A DNA stretch of 64,000 nt from a virus (Duplodnaviria > Caudoviricetes), in IMG/VR virus record IMGVR_UViG_3300020047_005985, positions 1 through 64,000 of that record; one strand, 5' to 3'. A program made the translations under genes and the position numbers. Shown here one piece after another: positions 39,425 through 47,964 of the stretch (its first letter is position 1; each line of letters opens with the position of its first letter). The notes beneath the pieces are model-generated. The model saw only the letters and a list, made by a program, of their open reading frames with translations. It did no database searches and had not been told where the DNA came from.

Positions 39425-40180
39425 TTAAAATAGAAATTCAAGTACCTTGTTTCCAAGATCAGATTCTTGACTTTCTATTGTATTTGCATTTTCTAAAGCT
39501 GCAATAACAGCTTTATATAAATTATCATATTTGGCTAAAATAATAGCTCGTTGACGAGTTGTGTACTCCCCTGAGTATTCTTGAGCTGTATAGGAACCAA
39601 TATTTACTTGCGTAGATTTTTCACCTACAATTGGCTGACGACTTTTATCTGGATGCGGATCAACTAAAATATAACTTTCCTTAATTGTGGTTTTTGAAAA
39701 ACCTTCATCAATTGGACTTTCATAAATCTCACGTCCCTCATGTTCTCCATTTGTTGATTCTTTCCAGATTACAGATTCTTTTCTGATTGGAAGTTCATGA
39801 ATCAAACTTTTAATTTTACCGTCCAAAATAGACTTGAGTCTTAAAAGTTCCAGGGTAGTGTAAGTTCCCCAATTTTTTCCATCTACAACTAAATCAGAAG
39901 TTACTCCTGTTGCATTTGTTTTTTCAATACTGAATACAATATTGAAATAATCTTGAACATGAGTTTTAAACCAACTTAATTGTTCTCCAACAGTTGAAGC
40001 AACTGCTTCATATCCACGCTTACTAGGTTCATCTGCATACCCATCAATAGGAGTATATGTTTTTTGATAACCTTTAAATAATCCTTGTTTGTTTTTGAAT
40101 TTACTGAACATATCATCCAGCATTAAACTAAATCCTTTTTCCACCTTATCTCTAAGGCCAAGTTGTACGGCTAATTTCAT
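39425..40180 (-). CDS. Uncharacterised helical/coiled-coil protein embedded in the tRNA array
   Basis: 251 aa; FKGYQKTYTP, KTNA, TLELLRL, YSGE, AVIAALENAN motifs recall a widespread uncharacterised phage/bacterial family. Confidence 0.75.
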   Translation of the reverse strand: MKLAVQLGLRDKVEKGFSLMLDDMFSKFKNKQGLFKGYQKTYTPIDGYADEPSKRGYEAVASTVGEQLSWFKTHVQDYFNIVFSIEKTNATGVTSDLVVDGKNWGTYTTLELLRLKSILDGKIKSLIHELPIRKESVIWKESTNGEHEGREIYESPIDEGFSKTTIKESYILVDPHPDKSRQPIVGEKSTQVNIGSYTAQEYSGEYTTRQRAIILAKYDNLYKAVIAALENANTIESQESDLGNKVLEFLF

Positions 40181-40205
40181 TACTAAAGTTTAAATATTAT
40201 TGTAG

Positions 40206-40288
40206 TAGGGAGAGAGGGACTCGAACCCTCAAAGTCTAATGACCAAAGGGGCTTAAGCCCTTCGTGTTTACCATTTCACCACCTCCCC
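40206..40288 (-). tRNA. tRNA-Leu(TAA)
   Basis: GGGGAGG/TCTCCCT, AAGGG-CT TAA GC-CCCTT, long variable arm, TTCGAGT. Confidence 0.9.
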
Positions 40289-40606
40289 ATTATCTGTCTT
40301 TCCAGACTGTCACCATACGAAGTACTCTACCAAATTGATGTCTTTCCAACCTGTAAGACTCTTGCTATATTGACTCTAGCTATACTATATGGGTTTCTGG
40401 AATCGAACCAGTTTTATCTGGATGCGCTATTTTATCATTCTCTTTTAGGTTTCGCCATCTTGCACTTGTACTCAAGTTCCTAAAATCATTTGGGAATGAC
40501 CCAACCACTTCTTAGAACAATGGGATGTTTTCTACCATCTTTCCTTCAGACCTCTCTCAACTGAAGATTGTATAGTTTAGCTATACTCTATATGGATTAT
40601 TTGGTT

Positions 40607-40981
40607 TTAGGCTACTTCTTCAACACCAACACCTTGTAAAGCAAGGGCCTCGGCGAAATTGAAATCAAAATCACTTGCTGTTGCACGAACTGCGGATGTC
40701 AAAGGACTAATTGAAATAATTGGTTCTGTTGGGCGTGCCTCCGTAATTGTCACATTGCAAAGATATTCATTTCCTACTGAAATTCCTTTTTCAAGGTTTT
40801 TCATGTAGCAAATAGCAGAACGTTCAACTATTTCACCTTTATTATTGGTGAATTTCACAGCACCAACAACATACTCCTTACCGTTAACGTTTGTTTGTAC
40901 AGCTTCTCCAAGAGAAGTTACTGTAGCTTTGAATTGACCTTCAAATTGATTGAGTTCTGAATTGAATGTTAGATTGAACAT
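40607..40981 (-). CDS. Hypothetical protein, possible OB-fold ssDNA-binding protein
   Basis: Beta-rich 124 aa with an acidic tail. Confidence 0.5.
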   Translation of the reverse strand: MFNLTFNSELNQFEGQFKATVTSLGEAVQTNVNGKEYVVGAVKFTNNKGEIVERSAICYMKNLEKGISVGNEYLCNVTITEARPTEPIISISPLTSAVRATASDFDFNFAEALALQGVGVEEVA

Positions 40982-41012
40982 TTTAATTGAATTTATTAGT
41001 GAATTTATTAAT

Positions 41013-41351
41013 TTATAGTGTTTTTATGAACTGAGAATATTCTTCCAATTCTTTTATTTTTGTTTCTCGAATCTTTGGTTCATTAAAAGTTTTTAAGTGT
41101 CCTAATGCACATTTCATATCTTGATTTTGAAGCATACAAATTCTACTTACTAACCATCTTTGATTTCTAACTTTTCTTAATTCTTCTACAAACTTACGAC
41201 TACTTTTAGGTAGTTTTTCATTTTGTAAAAGATGAACCAACATTTGAAACTTTTCTTCCTCAAGTCTATGTTGATTTTCCCAATACTCTTTATGAGTATA
41301 AAATTCTTTTAATCCTTCAAAGATTTTAATAATTTCTTCTGTTGTTTGCAT
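41013..41351 (-). CDS. Hypothetical protein
   Basis: ORF. Confidence 0.5.
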   Translation of the reverse strand: MQTTEEIIKIFEGLKEFYTHKEYWENQHRLEEEKFQMLVHLLQNEKLPKSSRKFVEELRKVRNQRWLVSRICMLQNQDMKCALGHLKTFNEPKIRETKIKELEEYSQFIKTL

Positions 41352-42046
41352 TTTTTTTTCTTTCTTCCGTGATAATTTTCTCCTTTAAAACTATTTTCAT
41401 CAAATCCAGCTTGATCTCTTTTTAAGATATCTAATGCTTTTTGTTCTAATAGTTTTTCTTTTTGTTTTAATAACGCATTATTAAAAATATCCAGAGATTT
41501 TTGTTTCTGTAGTTTTTTATTAATACGATTATTTTGTTTAGATTCAGCTTGCTGTTTCCAAACAAGTTTTTTGTATAAAGGATCTTTTCTAGATTTAAAT
41601 TCTAAAACAGATCCATCATAAGATCTTTCATATTCATTTTCATTCCAAGGACGAATGTATGTAACCCATTTAAATTGTTTATGAATCCACTTTACCTTAT
41701 AATCTTTAGAATAAACTTTATACGACGATTTTATATTATATTGTCTTTTAGGTTTACAAATATTACCTTGACTATCAATAGAATAACTAAAGACGTAAAA
41801 ACTTGAATTATTATCAAATTCGTCTAAAAATAAATATTGCTGATATTTTGGAACTTGTTTACAATAATAACGAAAGGCCATATCAAATGATTTTCCAATA
41901 TTATTATATATAATACGTCGAATTCTTTTCCAAGTATTTATTCCTCCTACAGGATGACAATCACCGTAACTGTATGCATACCAAACGTCAGATCTACGCA
42001 TGGGTTCCTTAAAAGGAAGCTGTTCCAAATAATTAAAATTTATCAT
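41309..42046 (-). CDS. Basic hypothetical protein
   Basis: 245-aa Lys-rich ORF. Confidence 0.55.
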   Translation of the reverse strand: MINFNYLEQLPFKEPMRRSDVWYAYSYGDCHPVGGINTWKRIRRIIYNNIGKSFDMAFRYYCKQVPKYQQYLFLDEFDNNSSFYVFSYSIDSQGNICKPKRQYNIKSSYKVYSKDYKVKWIHKQFKWVTYIRPWNENEYERSYDGSVLEFKSRKDPLYKKLVWKQQAESKQNNRINKKLQKQKSLDIFNNALLKQKEKLLEQKALDILKRDQAGFDENSFKGENYHGRKKKKCKQQKKLLKSLKD

Positions 42047-42063
42047 AATAATTTAAATTTGAG

Positions 42064-42150
42064 CGGAGAACTAGAGAATCGAACTCTAACCGTGATTAAG
42101 CTGACTAACTTAGTAGATCAAAGTAACAAATCAATATTTACCTGCTCTCC
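42064..42150 (-). tRNA. Atypical tRNA-Ser-like element (possible ACT anticodon)
   Basis: GGAGAGC/GTTCTCC plus G discriminator; TAGAG-TTCGATT-CTCTA; elongated D-arm; weak anticodon stem around CT-ACT-AA. Confidence 0.5.
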
Positions 42151-42446
42151 AAAACTAGACTCTACCAACCTCCAAATTAATTTTGATAATATAAATCATG
42201 TTAGTTTAAGTTTTTAATATATCGTTATCATACATTGAAACGATAGTCTGTATCACCGTATCTAATGAATCTTTAATTATAACTGAATCAATTAAAGAAA
42301 ACCGAATAGCATACTTACCAGAACAAGTCACTATAAACCCAACAGGAACATTTCTTTCTAGACATGTTTCGGAAAAATGTTGTAACGCAATGGAAAGTTT
42401 ACCAATTGTATTCATTATTTCTTAATTAAAAAAATCTTATAAAATT

Positions 42447-42535
42447 TGGCGGAAGGCAAGGGAGTCCAACCCTTACAACGTTTTACCGTCCTAGCACTTT
42501 TCAAGAGTGTGTACCTCAGTCAACTGGGGCCTTCC
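42447..42535 (-). tRNA. tRNA-Ser(TGA) with encoded CCA
   Basis: GGAAGGC/GCCTTCC-G-CCA, CACT-CT TGA AA-AGTG, long variable arm; atypical D-arm and TTGGACT T-loop. Confidence 0.75.
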
Positions 42536-42760
42536 TATATTTAAAAATTAATCCTGTCCAGTTTCAGTCTGGAATAGAATTAATATAGTTTGATCTTACT
42601 TCAATAGCTTCTTGTTCAGTATTATATCTACCTAAAGATTTGCGCTGCATGATTTATATATTCGTTTCATTCCCTCGCAATAAAATATAAGTTGTTTCTC
42701 TAATTAGAAAGTACAACTTATAAAACTTTACTTATCCCTCGATATCACTGTCAGGATAAA

Positions 42761-43051
42761 TTATACTTCTACTGGAAATAGCTGTCTAAAATACATAGAC
42801 GCTACTTCTAGGCCAGATTCAAATCCTGCCAATTTATTTTTGGCATCTATAATACCTTGTAAATCAGCATTACGAATAGCCTGAGCCAATTCTTGTTGCG
42901 CTTTAGCAATACTTGCTTTTGTAGTAGCAATGCTAATTTCCCACTCTGATTTCTTGGTTTGAACTTTTAATAGCCGCTCCTCGAACAGGAGATCCTCTAT
43001 CGAGGCTGATAGTGAATCCAAATATGATTGGACTGCTTGTGCTTTCGCCAT
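42761..43051 (-). CDS. Small coiled-coil protein
   Basis: Ala-rich heptads; overlaps the upstream gene by 119 nt. Confidence 0.6.
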   Translation of the reverse strand: MAKAQAVQSYLDSLSASIEDLLFEERLLKVQTKKSEWEISIATTKASIAKAQQELAQAIRNADLQGIIDAKNKLAGFESGLEVASMYFRQLFPVEV

Positions 43052-43778
43052 TATTTATTATATTTAAATTGTTAGAATTTGTTTCTTCAGGAGATACTTT
43101 TTTAAGCATATTTCTAGTCCAGTTTACACAATATTCATTATTATTGAAATGTACCATCTTCGATCCATGATTAAACTCATTTTTTGAACAAGACCTTACA
43201 TTAGTAATTTTAAATTTTAATCCTATGTAAGCTATTCCATCAAAGAATCCAGCATCATCATTTTTGGCTATTACCTCAACAGTATCTCCTATCCAAATAT
43301 CATCTGAATCATTTTTTGATATAGATTGTTCTTTTAAATGACTTATATTTTTAACTCCAGCAAAAAAGTGTCCAAAAGAGTAATCTTTTCTTTTACCATG
43401 TGTGAGATCGTTTGTACTTGCTCCGTGTCCTTCAGTAAATAATTCTGAAAAAATTAAAACAGAATTATCATGAATATTAAACCCAATAATTTCAAAAATT
43501 AAATGAGGGAACCTAACATGATTTACTTTATCTCCAATTTTAAATCCACATATTTCTTCTTGAGGATACTTTTCAAAGAATATATCAAATTGTTTTTTAG
43601 TAAGAACTTTTTCCCAAAAAAGATCTCCCTCTATTGTTTGCCACCAATTAAAGCCATCTTTATATTTATCTGAATATATATCATAATCGAAAACATTAGG
43701 AGAATATTTTCTTCCTTGCTCTTCAACTCTTTCTTTTACTTTATTTTGTATTTCTATTGGGAAGTCTGAAAATTTCAT
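42933..43778 (-). CDS. Hypothetical protein
   Basis: 281 aa, GFNW..T.EG..FW motif. Confidence 0.6.
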   Translation of the reverse strand: MKFSDFPIEIQNKVKERVEEQGRKYSPNVFDYDIYSDKYKDGFNWWQTIEGDLFWEKVLTKKQFDIFFEKYPQEEICGFKIGDKVNHVRFPHLIFEIIGFNIHDNSVLIFSELFTEGHGASTNDLTHGKRKDYSFGHFFAGVKNISHLKEQSISKNDSDDIWIGDTVEVIAKNDDAGFFDGIAYIGLKFKITNVRSCSKNEFNHGSKMVHFNNNEYCVNWTRNMLKKVSPEETNSNNLNIINNGESTSSPIIFGFTISLDRGSPVRGAAIKSSNQEIRVGN

Positions 43779-43876
43779 AATATTTTATTTTTAAATCTGA
43801 TAAACAATAGGGACACGGATAACCGTTAATCCATCCTGTATTATTACATGGTTTACACATATTACTTTGATTTTTG

Positions 43877-43948
43877 TGACCCCAAGAGGGATCGAACCTC
43901 TATCTAGGGATTAGAAATCCCTTGCTCTATCCATTGAGCTATAAGGCC
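43877..43948 (-). tRNA. tRNA-Arg(TCT)
   Basis: GGCCTTA/TGGGGTC, AGGGA-TT TCT AA-TCCCT, TTCGATC. Confidence 0.92.
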
Positions 43949-43956
43949 TTGTATTG

Positions 43957-44028
43957 TAGCGAGTGAGAGAATCGAACTCTCATGAATAGGTCGAAAACCT
44001 ACTATCCTAACCATTAGATGAACCCGCC
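43957..44028 (-). tRNA. tRNA-Glu(TTC)
   Basis: GGCGGGT/ACTCGCT, GTAGG-TT TTC GA-CCTAT, TTCGATT. Confidence 0.9.
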
Positions 44029-44107
44029 AAAAATAGCTATCTAAAACTCAATTACTTGAGAAACTTCGCTATTTTAGTTTTTTACTACGCGTTTATGTAG
44101 TTTTAAT

Positions 44108-44231
44108 TTAGTTAGACAGGATTCGATACCTGCACACAACTACTTCACTTCTGATACCATAACAGGACTTATCGTTGGGCATTTTCATTGCTATCATCCT
44201 CTGGTTAGCGTCTATCTTCCGCCACTAACTA
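44108..44231 (-). ncRNA. tRNA-like RNA with expanded anticodon region
   Basis: TAGTTAG/CTAACTA acceptor, TGGCGGAAGATAGACGC D-arm, GCAGG-TATCGAAT-CCTGT T-arm, about 70-nt non-canonical middle. Confidence 0.65.
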
Positions 44232-44239
44232 ATTTAAAG

Positions 44240-44614
44240 TTACTTCAACATTGCTTTTAACTCATCTGCTGACATTGCTTCCAATTCAGCATCTTGTTTT
44301 CGAGCAATTAAATCCATAATTTTTTGATTGTGGATTTTATTTGCAGCAGCAGCTTGAGTTTCTTCTTGTTCTTTGATACGAGTATCAAGAATAGATGTTA
44401 CAATGGCAAGCCGCAATTCGTTTGCTTCTTGTTCTTTGGTCTTACGACCAGCCTTACGACGAGTAGATTTACCATAACCTTCTATGGTTTCAGTTAATTG
44501 CTCTTCATGAGTAACTAACATATCGAGATTAATATCCCACAATTGTTCGCAGGAAATAACCCCTCCTAAATGAAAACGGAGTTTAAGCCGTGAGGCTAAT
44601 TCAAATATATTCAT
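44240..44614 (-). CDS. Conserved phage coiled-coil protein, partner of the 721-aa gene
   Basis: MNIFELASRLKLRF..G.ISCEQLWD..QKIMDLIARKQD..L..MS.DEL. Confidence 0.7.
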   Translation of the reverse strand: MNIFELASRLKLRFHLGGVISCEQLWDINLDMLVTHEEQLTETIEGYGKSTRRKAGRKTKEQEANELRLAIVTSILDTRIKEQEETQAAAANKIHNQKIMDLIARKQDAELEAMSADELKAMLK

Positions 44615-44615
44615 T

Positions 44616-46781
44616 TTAAAATTTTATTTTAATTGTTCGTTTATGACTACCTGATAACTTCAATATTAACTCCTCGGAAATAGTCGAATTAAAACCCAAT
44701 CCACACAACTGTTTAGTTGCTGGTTCAAGTTTTGTAGTTTCACCTAATACTTCCATTACTTTACGATGTTCTAATAAATCAGAATTTAAGAACTCCGTAT
44801 GAAATGAACGTAAAGCAATATCAGATTTACAATTATCAAGCATAAACATGTAATGTTTGTTGCCTGTATTATTATCACCCCAAAAGTTAGGAGATAAGCA
44901 AACCAAGTTGACTTTATGGAATTGATTGGTATCAAGATTCCAAATCTTCGTAGAAGCAGATTGTGATTCTAAAATCTGACAATTATTTAAATCAGGAATA
45001 AATTCTACTTGTCCATTTTTACACAACAGTTTTCCCAATTCAACTGTTCCTTTATGACTAGCCTTAACAAATAAAGATGTGATTTCCCCAAGTATTTCAA
45101 CTTCAGCCGTAAAATCTGTTCGAACAGTCGGTCCACTATAATTATGAACAAACAATCTGTATTCACCATTTGGCATAACAGAAAGATTTGAATATGTCAA
45201 ATTTTCTACACGTTTTTCAGGTGGAAAATGACCATCACATCCTTGAGCATCCAAATCCAACATTCCTGATGATGGTTGCATACTACGTCTATTACTATAG
45301 TAAATTTCATTACCATTAGGCTCTTTACAATGTAAGTCGTAATCAGATGTTGTTTTTGGAAAGTGAATACTTACTCGAATAGGAGCTTCAATTTTACCAC
45401 CTCGATCTTTAACAGCATCTTTAATCATACTTTTACCTGCAAGATTACCATTATAAGTCCAACCAAAATTGTTAGACCATTTAAATGCTTTCTTACTGTC
45501 AGGATTATTTGCCGTATGCAATGCTACTAAGTTACCACTAAATCTATTTTCAAGAAAAGCTTCAATTGAAGCGCATGTTGGAAGAATATCCTTCATAAAC
45601 TTTTCAATAGAAACTTCTTCAATACCATCAAATTGACTACGTTTATGTTGAGTAGATGTAGATGGTGCAACTTTATCAAATACAGATGCTTGTTTAATAG
45701 TATCTGTGCCTACATTTTGGTGAAGAATTTCTGAGATGTTAATATCATCTAATGTAGAGAACCTACGATCAAATGATTCTTCGTATCCATTTTCTTCAAC
45801 AAACTTTTTAGCTTCCGCAATTTGTTTTTGACTAATAGGAGCAGTAGCTTTCATGTAATTAGCAGGATCAACTCGCTTATTCCATGTAAGTACAGCCTTA
45901 TTCAAATCTTCCCCCTGTGTTAATTCTACACAAAGAGTTCCAATTAATTCATTTCTAAATTTAGCAAATGGTAGATTGTTGGATTTAATCCAACACCAAT
46001 TATCCTTCTCTTTAGTTGGTACATCTTTGTATTCAGTTGCAAACTCAATAAACTTTTTAAGCTTATCTAAGTATGAATCACCATTCAACAAACTACCTTG
46101 TTGAATCAAATCACGCACTAACACTAATGTATCCAATGAAATTTCATCAAGACCTCTTTTGAATACATTTTTAGCATCACGATGATTACCTTGAATAGAT
46201 TCAACTGAGTTACTAGAAAAATCTACAAACTTTTTAGGAAGTATAGCATTAAAATGATAAAATGTATATACTTGACCTGGAGTAACTACACCAAATTTGT
46301 CAGCTTCTTCCTGAGTATAAATTTTGTTGCTTTTTTCAAAGCCTAATTTATATTCAGCTTGAGTTTTATTTGTAGATTCATAATTTAATAGTCTATTGAG
46401 AGTATCGTATGATTCTACAAATACATTTTCAATTGGATTATTCTTTAAAAGAAATGCTACATTGTTTGCAGGGCGAGAGTAAATATTATCAGACAGATCT
46501 ACTGTATCAAACATTGTTACAATCTCACCATTGACTAAAGCTACAATGTTACCATAACGATGAATAAAATTCTTGTCATGATTACATGTATGTTCAGTAG
46601 AATTTGGATCTCTGAATACAGGATCAGCTTCTTTAGTGAAACTTGAGATATACTTATCCCAAACTTCATGTCCAGAAATTTTAGATCTGAATAAAACAGG
46701 TTGTTCACACATAAATGCAAACTGCTGTTTAATTGCTTTGTTAAACTCTTGAAATTTCATATTTCGTTGACAGTACTGCAC
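44616..46781 (-). CDS. Large conserved phage protein with C-terminal YfaP/DUF2135-like domain
   Basis: VDPANYMK, FKWSNNFGWTYNGN, DYDLHC.EP.G.EIYY, LDLDA, VENL, GEYRLFVHNY, GLGF. Confidence 0.7.
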   Translation of the reverse strand: MQYCQRNMKFQEFNKAIKQQFAFMCEQPVLFRSKISGHEVWDKYISSFTKEADPVFRDPNSTEHTCNHDKNFIHRYGNIVALVNGEIVTMFDTVDLSDNIYSRPANNVAFLLKNNPIENVFVESYDTLNRLLNYESTNKTQAEYKLGFEKSNKIYTQEEADKFGVVTPGQVYTFYHFNAILPKKFVDFSSNSVESIQGNHRDAKNVFKRGLDEISLDTLVLVRDLIQQGSLLNGDSYLDKLKKFIEFATEYKDVPTKEKDNWCWIKSNNLPFAKFRNELIGTLCVELTQGEDLNKAVLTWNKRVDPANYMKATAPISQKQIAEAKKFVEENGYEESFDRRFSTLDDINISEILHQNVGTDTIKQASVFDKVAPSTSTQHKRSQFDGIEEVSIEKFMKDILPTCASIEAFLENRFSGNLVALHTANNPDSKKAFKWSNNFGWTYNGNLAGKSMIKDAVKDRGGKIEAPIRVSIHFPKTTSDYDLHCKEPNGNEIYYSNRRSMQPSSGMLDLDAQGCDGHFPPEKRVENLTYSNLSVMPNGEYRLFVHNYSGPTVRTDFTAEVEILGEITSLFVKASHKGTVELGKLLCKNGQVEFIPDLNNCQILESQSASTKIWNLDTNQFHKVNLVCLSPNFWGDNNTGNKHYMFMLDNCKSDIALRSFHTEFLNSDLLEHRKVMEVLGETTKLEPATKQLCGLGFNSTISEELILKLSGSHKRTIKIKF

Positions 46782-46852
46782 ACCTTACTGGTTTAGGTTT
46801 AATAATTCTCTATGTGCAACTTGAGAATTTTACTATTGGTATTTTAAAATAG

Positions 46853-46925
46853 TCAGGATGGATTGACTCGAACAACCGACCTCTTGCGTCCAATGCAAGC
46901 TATCTACCAACTGATATACATCCTG
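46853..46925 (-). tRNA. tRNA-Pro(TGG)
   Basis: CAGGATG/CATCCTG, CTTGC-AT TGG AC-GCAAG, TTCGAGT. Confidence 0.9.
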
Positions 46926-47056
46926 GAATTATGGGTATTCCAACCCACGCATTTAACTTGTTTTACATCAAAGATCTTTTGCCTGTAAAGCCTTTAGGAG
47001 CTTTCTGGTGCTAAATGTAAAACCTCGTTGCTTATTTTTTAAAATCTTAAAATTAG

Positions 47057-47207
47057 TAAGGGCAACTGGACTTGAACCAATAACCTCTGTCTAGTTCGGC
47101 AACTCCGGCAGGACTCTAACCTGCAACCTTCAGACCTGAGCCTGACGCTCTAACAATTGAGCTACGGAGTCAATGACAGCGCTCTATCCAAATTGAGCTA
47201 TACCCTT
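47057..47207 (-). tRNA. Outer tRNA whose anticodon loop is interrupted by a second tRNA
   Basis: AAGGGTA/TGCCCTT acceptor, GCTC/GAGC D-stem, CTGTC/GACAG anticodon stem, ATTGG-TTCAAGT-CCAGT T-arm. Confidence 0.8.
47100..47171 (-). tRNA. Inner nested tRNA-like element (6-nt anticodon loop CTCAGG)
   Basis: GACTCCG/CGGAGTT, GCTC/GAGC, TCAGG/TCTGA, GCAGG-TTAGAGT-CCTGC. Confidence 0.75.
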
Positions 47208-47298
47208 GTTTTCTTAATTAACTCCAGAGGATTTCTCCTATCTTGCACCACACATAAAAGTGTACTCGTTACTACTGGATATCTTTAATTAAGATTTG

Positions 47299-47370
47299 TT
47301 GACCCACTAGGATTCGAACCTAGAACCTTCGGCTTAAAAGGCCGATGCTCTACCATTGAGCTATAGGTCA
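47299..47370 (-). tRNA. tRNA-Lys(TTT)
   Basis: TGACCTA/TGGGTCA, TCGGC-CT TTT AA-GCCGA, TTCGAAT. Confidence 0.93.
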
Positions 47371-47608
47371 TTTTAGAATACCACTTAGGAAATCACCCTT
47401 TAGAAAAGACTTAGTGGCACGCCTTTAATTCCTTTACGTAGAATCAACGATTGTTTATTGGAAAAACAATAAAAATCCTCCAGCTTCACATGGCTGGCAC
47501 ACGCGATATTTATTTAACCGTTAAATATCTAAATCCGTTTATCTAGAATAAACTTAAGGAGTTAATCCGTTTAACTATACGACTATTTAACTCATAGTTG
47601 AGGATTTG

Positions 47609-47681
47609 TGGTGAGAGTTGGACTTGAACCAACGACTTTCGGCTTTTCAAACCGATACTCTACCAACTGAGTTACCTCACC
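47609..47681 (-). tRNA. tRNA-Phe(GAA)
   Basis: GGTGAGG/TCTCACC, TCGGT-TT GAA AA-GCCGA, TTCAAGT. Confidence 0.92.
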
Positions 47682-47964
47682 AAAAAATTTGAGAATTATG
47701 CGATCTTCGTATTGACTAAGACTATACACTAGATTTCCATTCTCTTTTCAATGTAAATTTGACTGGGATTACATATTCTCAAGGATTGCCTTTGCTTGAC
47801 CCATTACTCGCGAGATTATAAATCTCCAGTAACATCTTAATAGTGATATTGCATCAGATATTAAGCTAACTTAATTTTATTTACACAAATTACCTGTCAC
47901 TGTAAAATAAAACAGGATTATTGCAATAGCGGTAAAAGAAATCACCAATAACCAAGCAATAACT

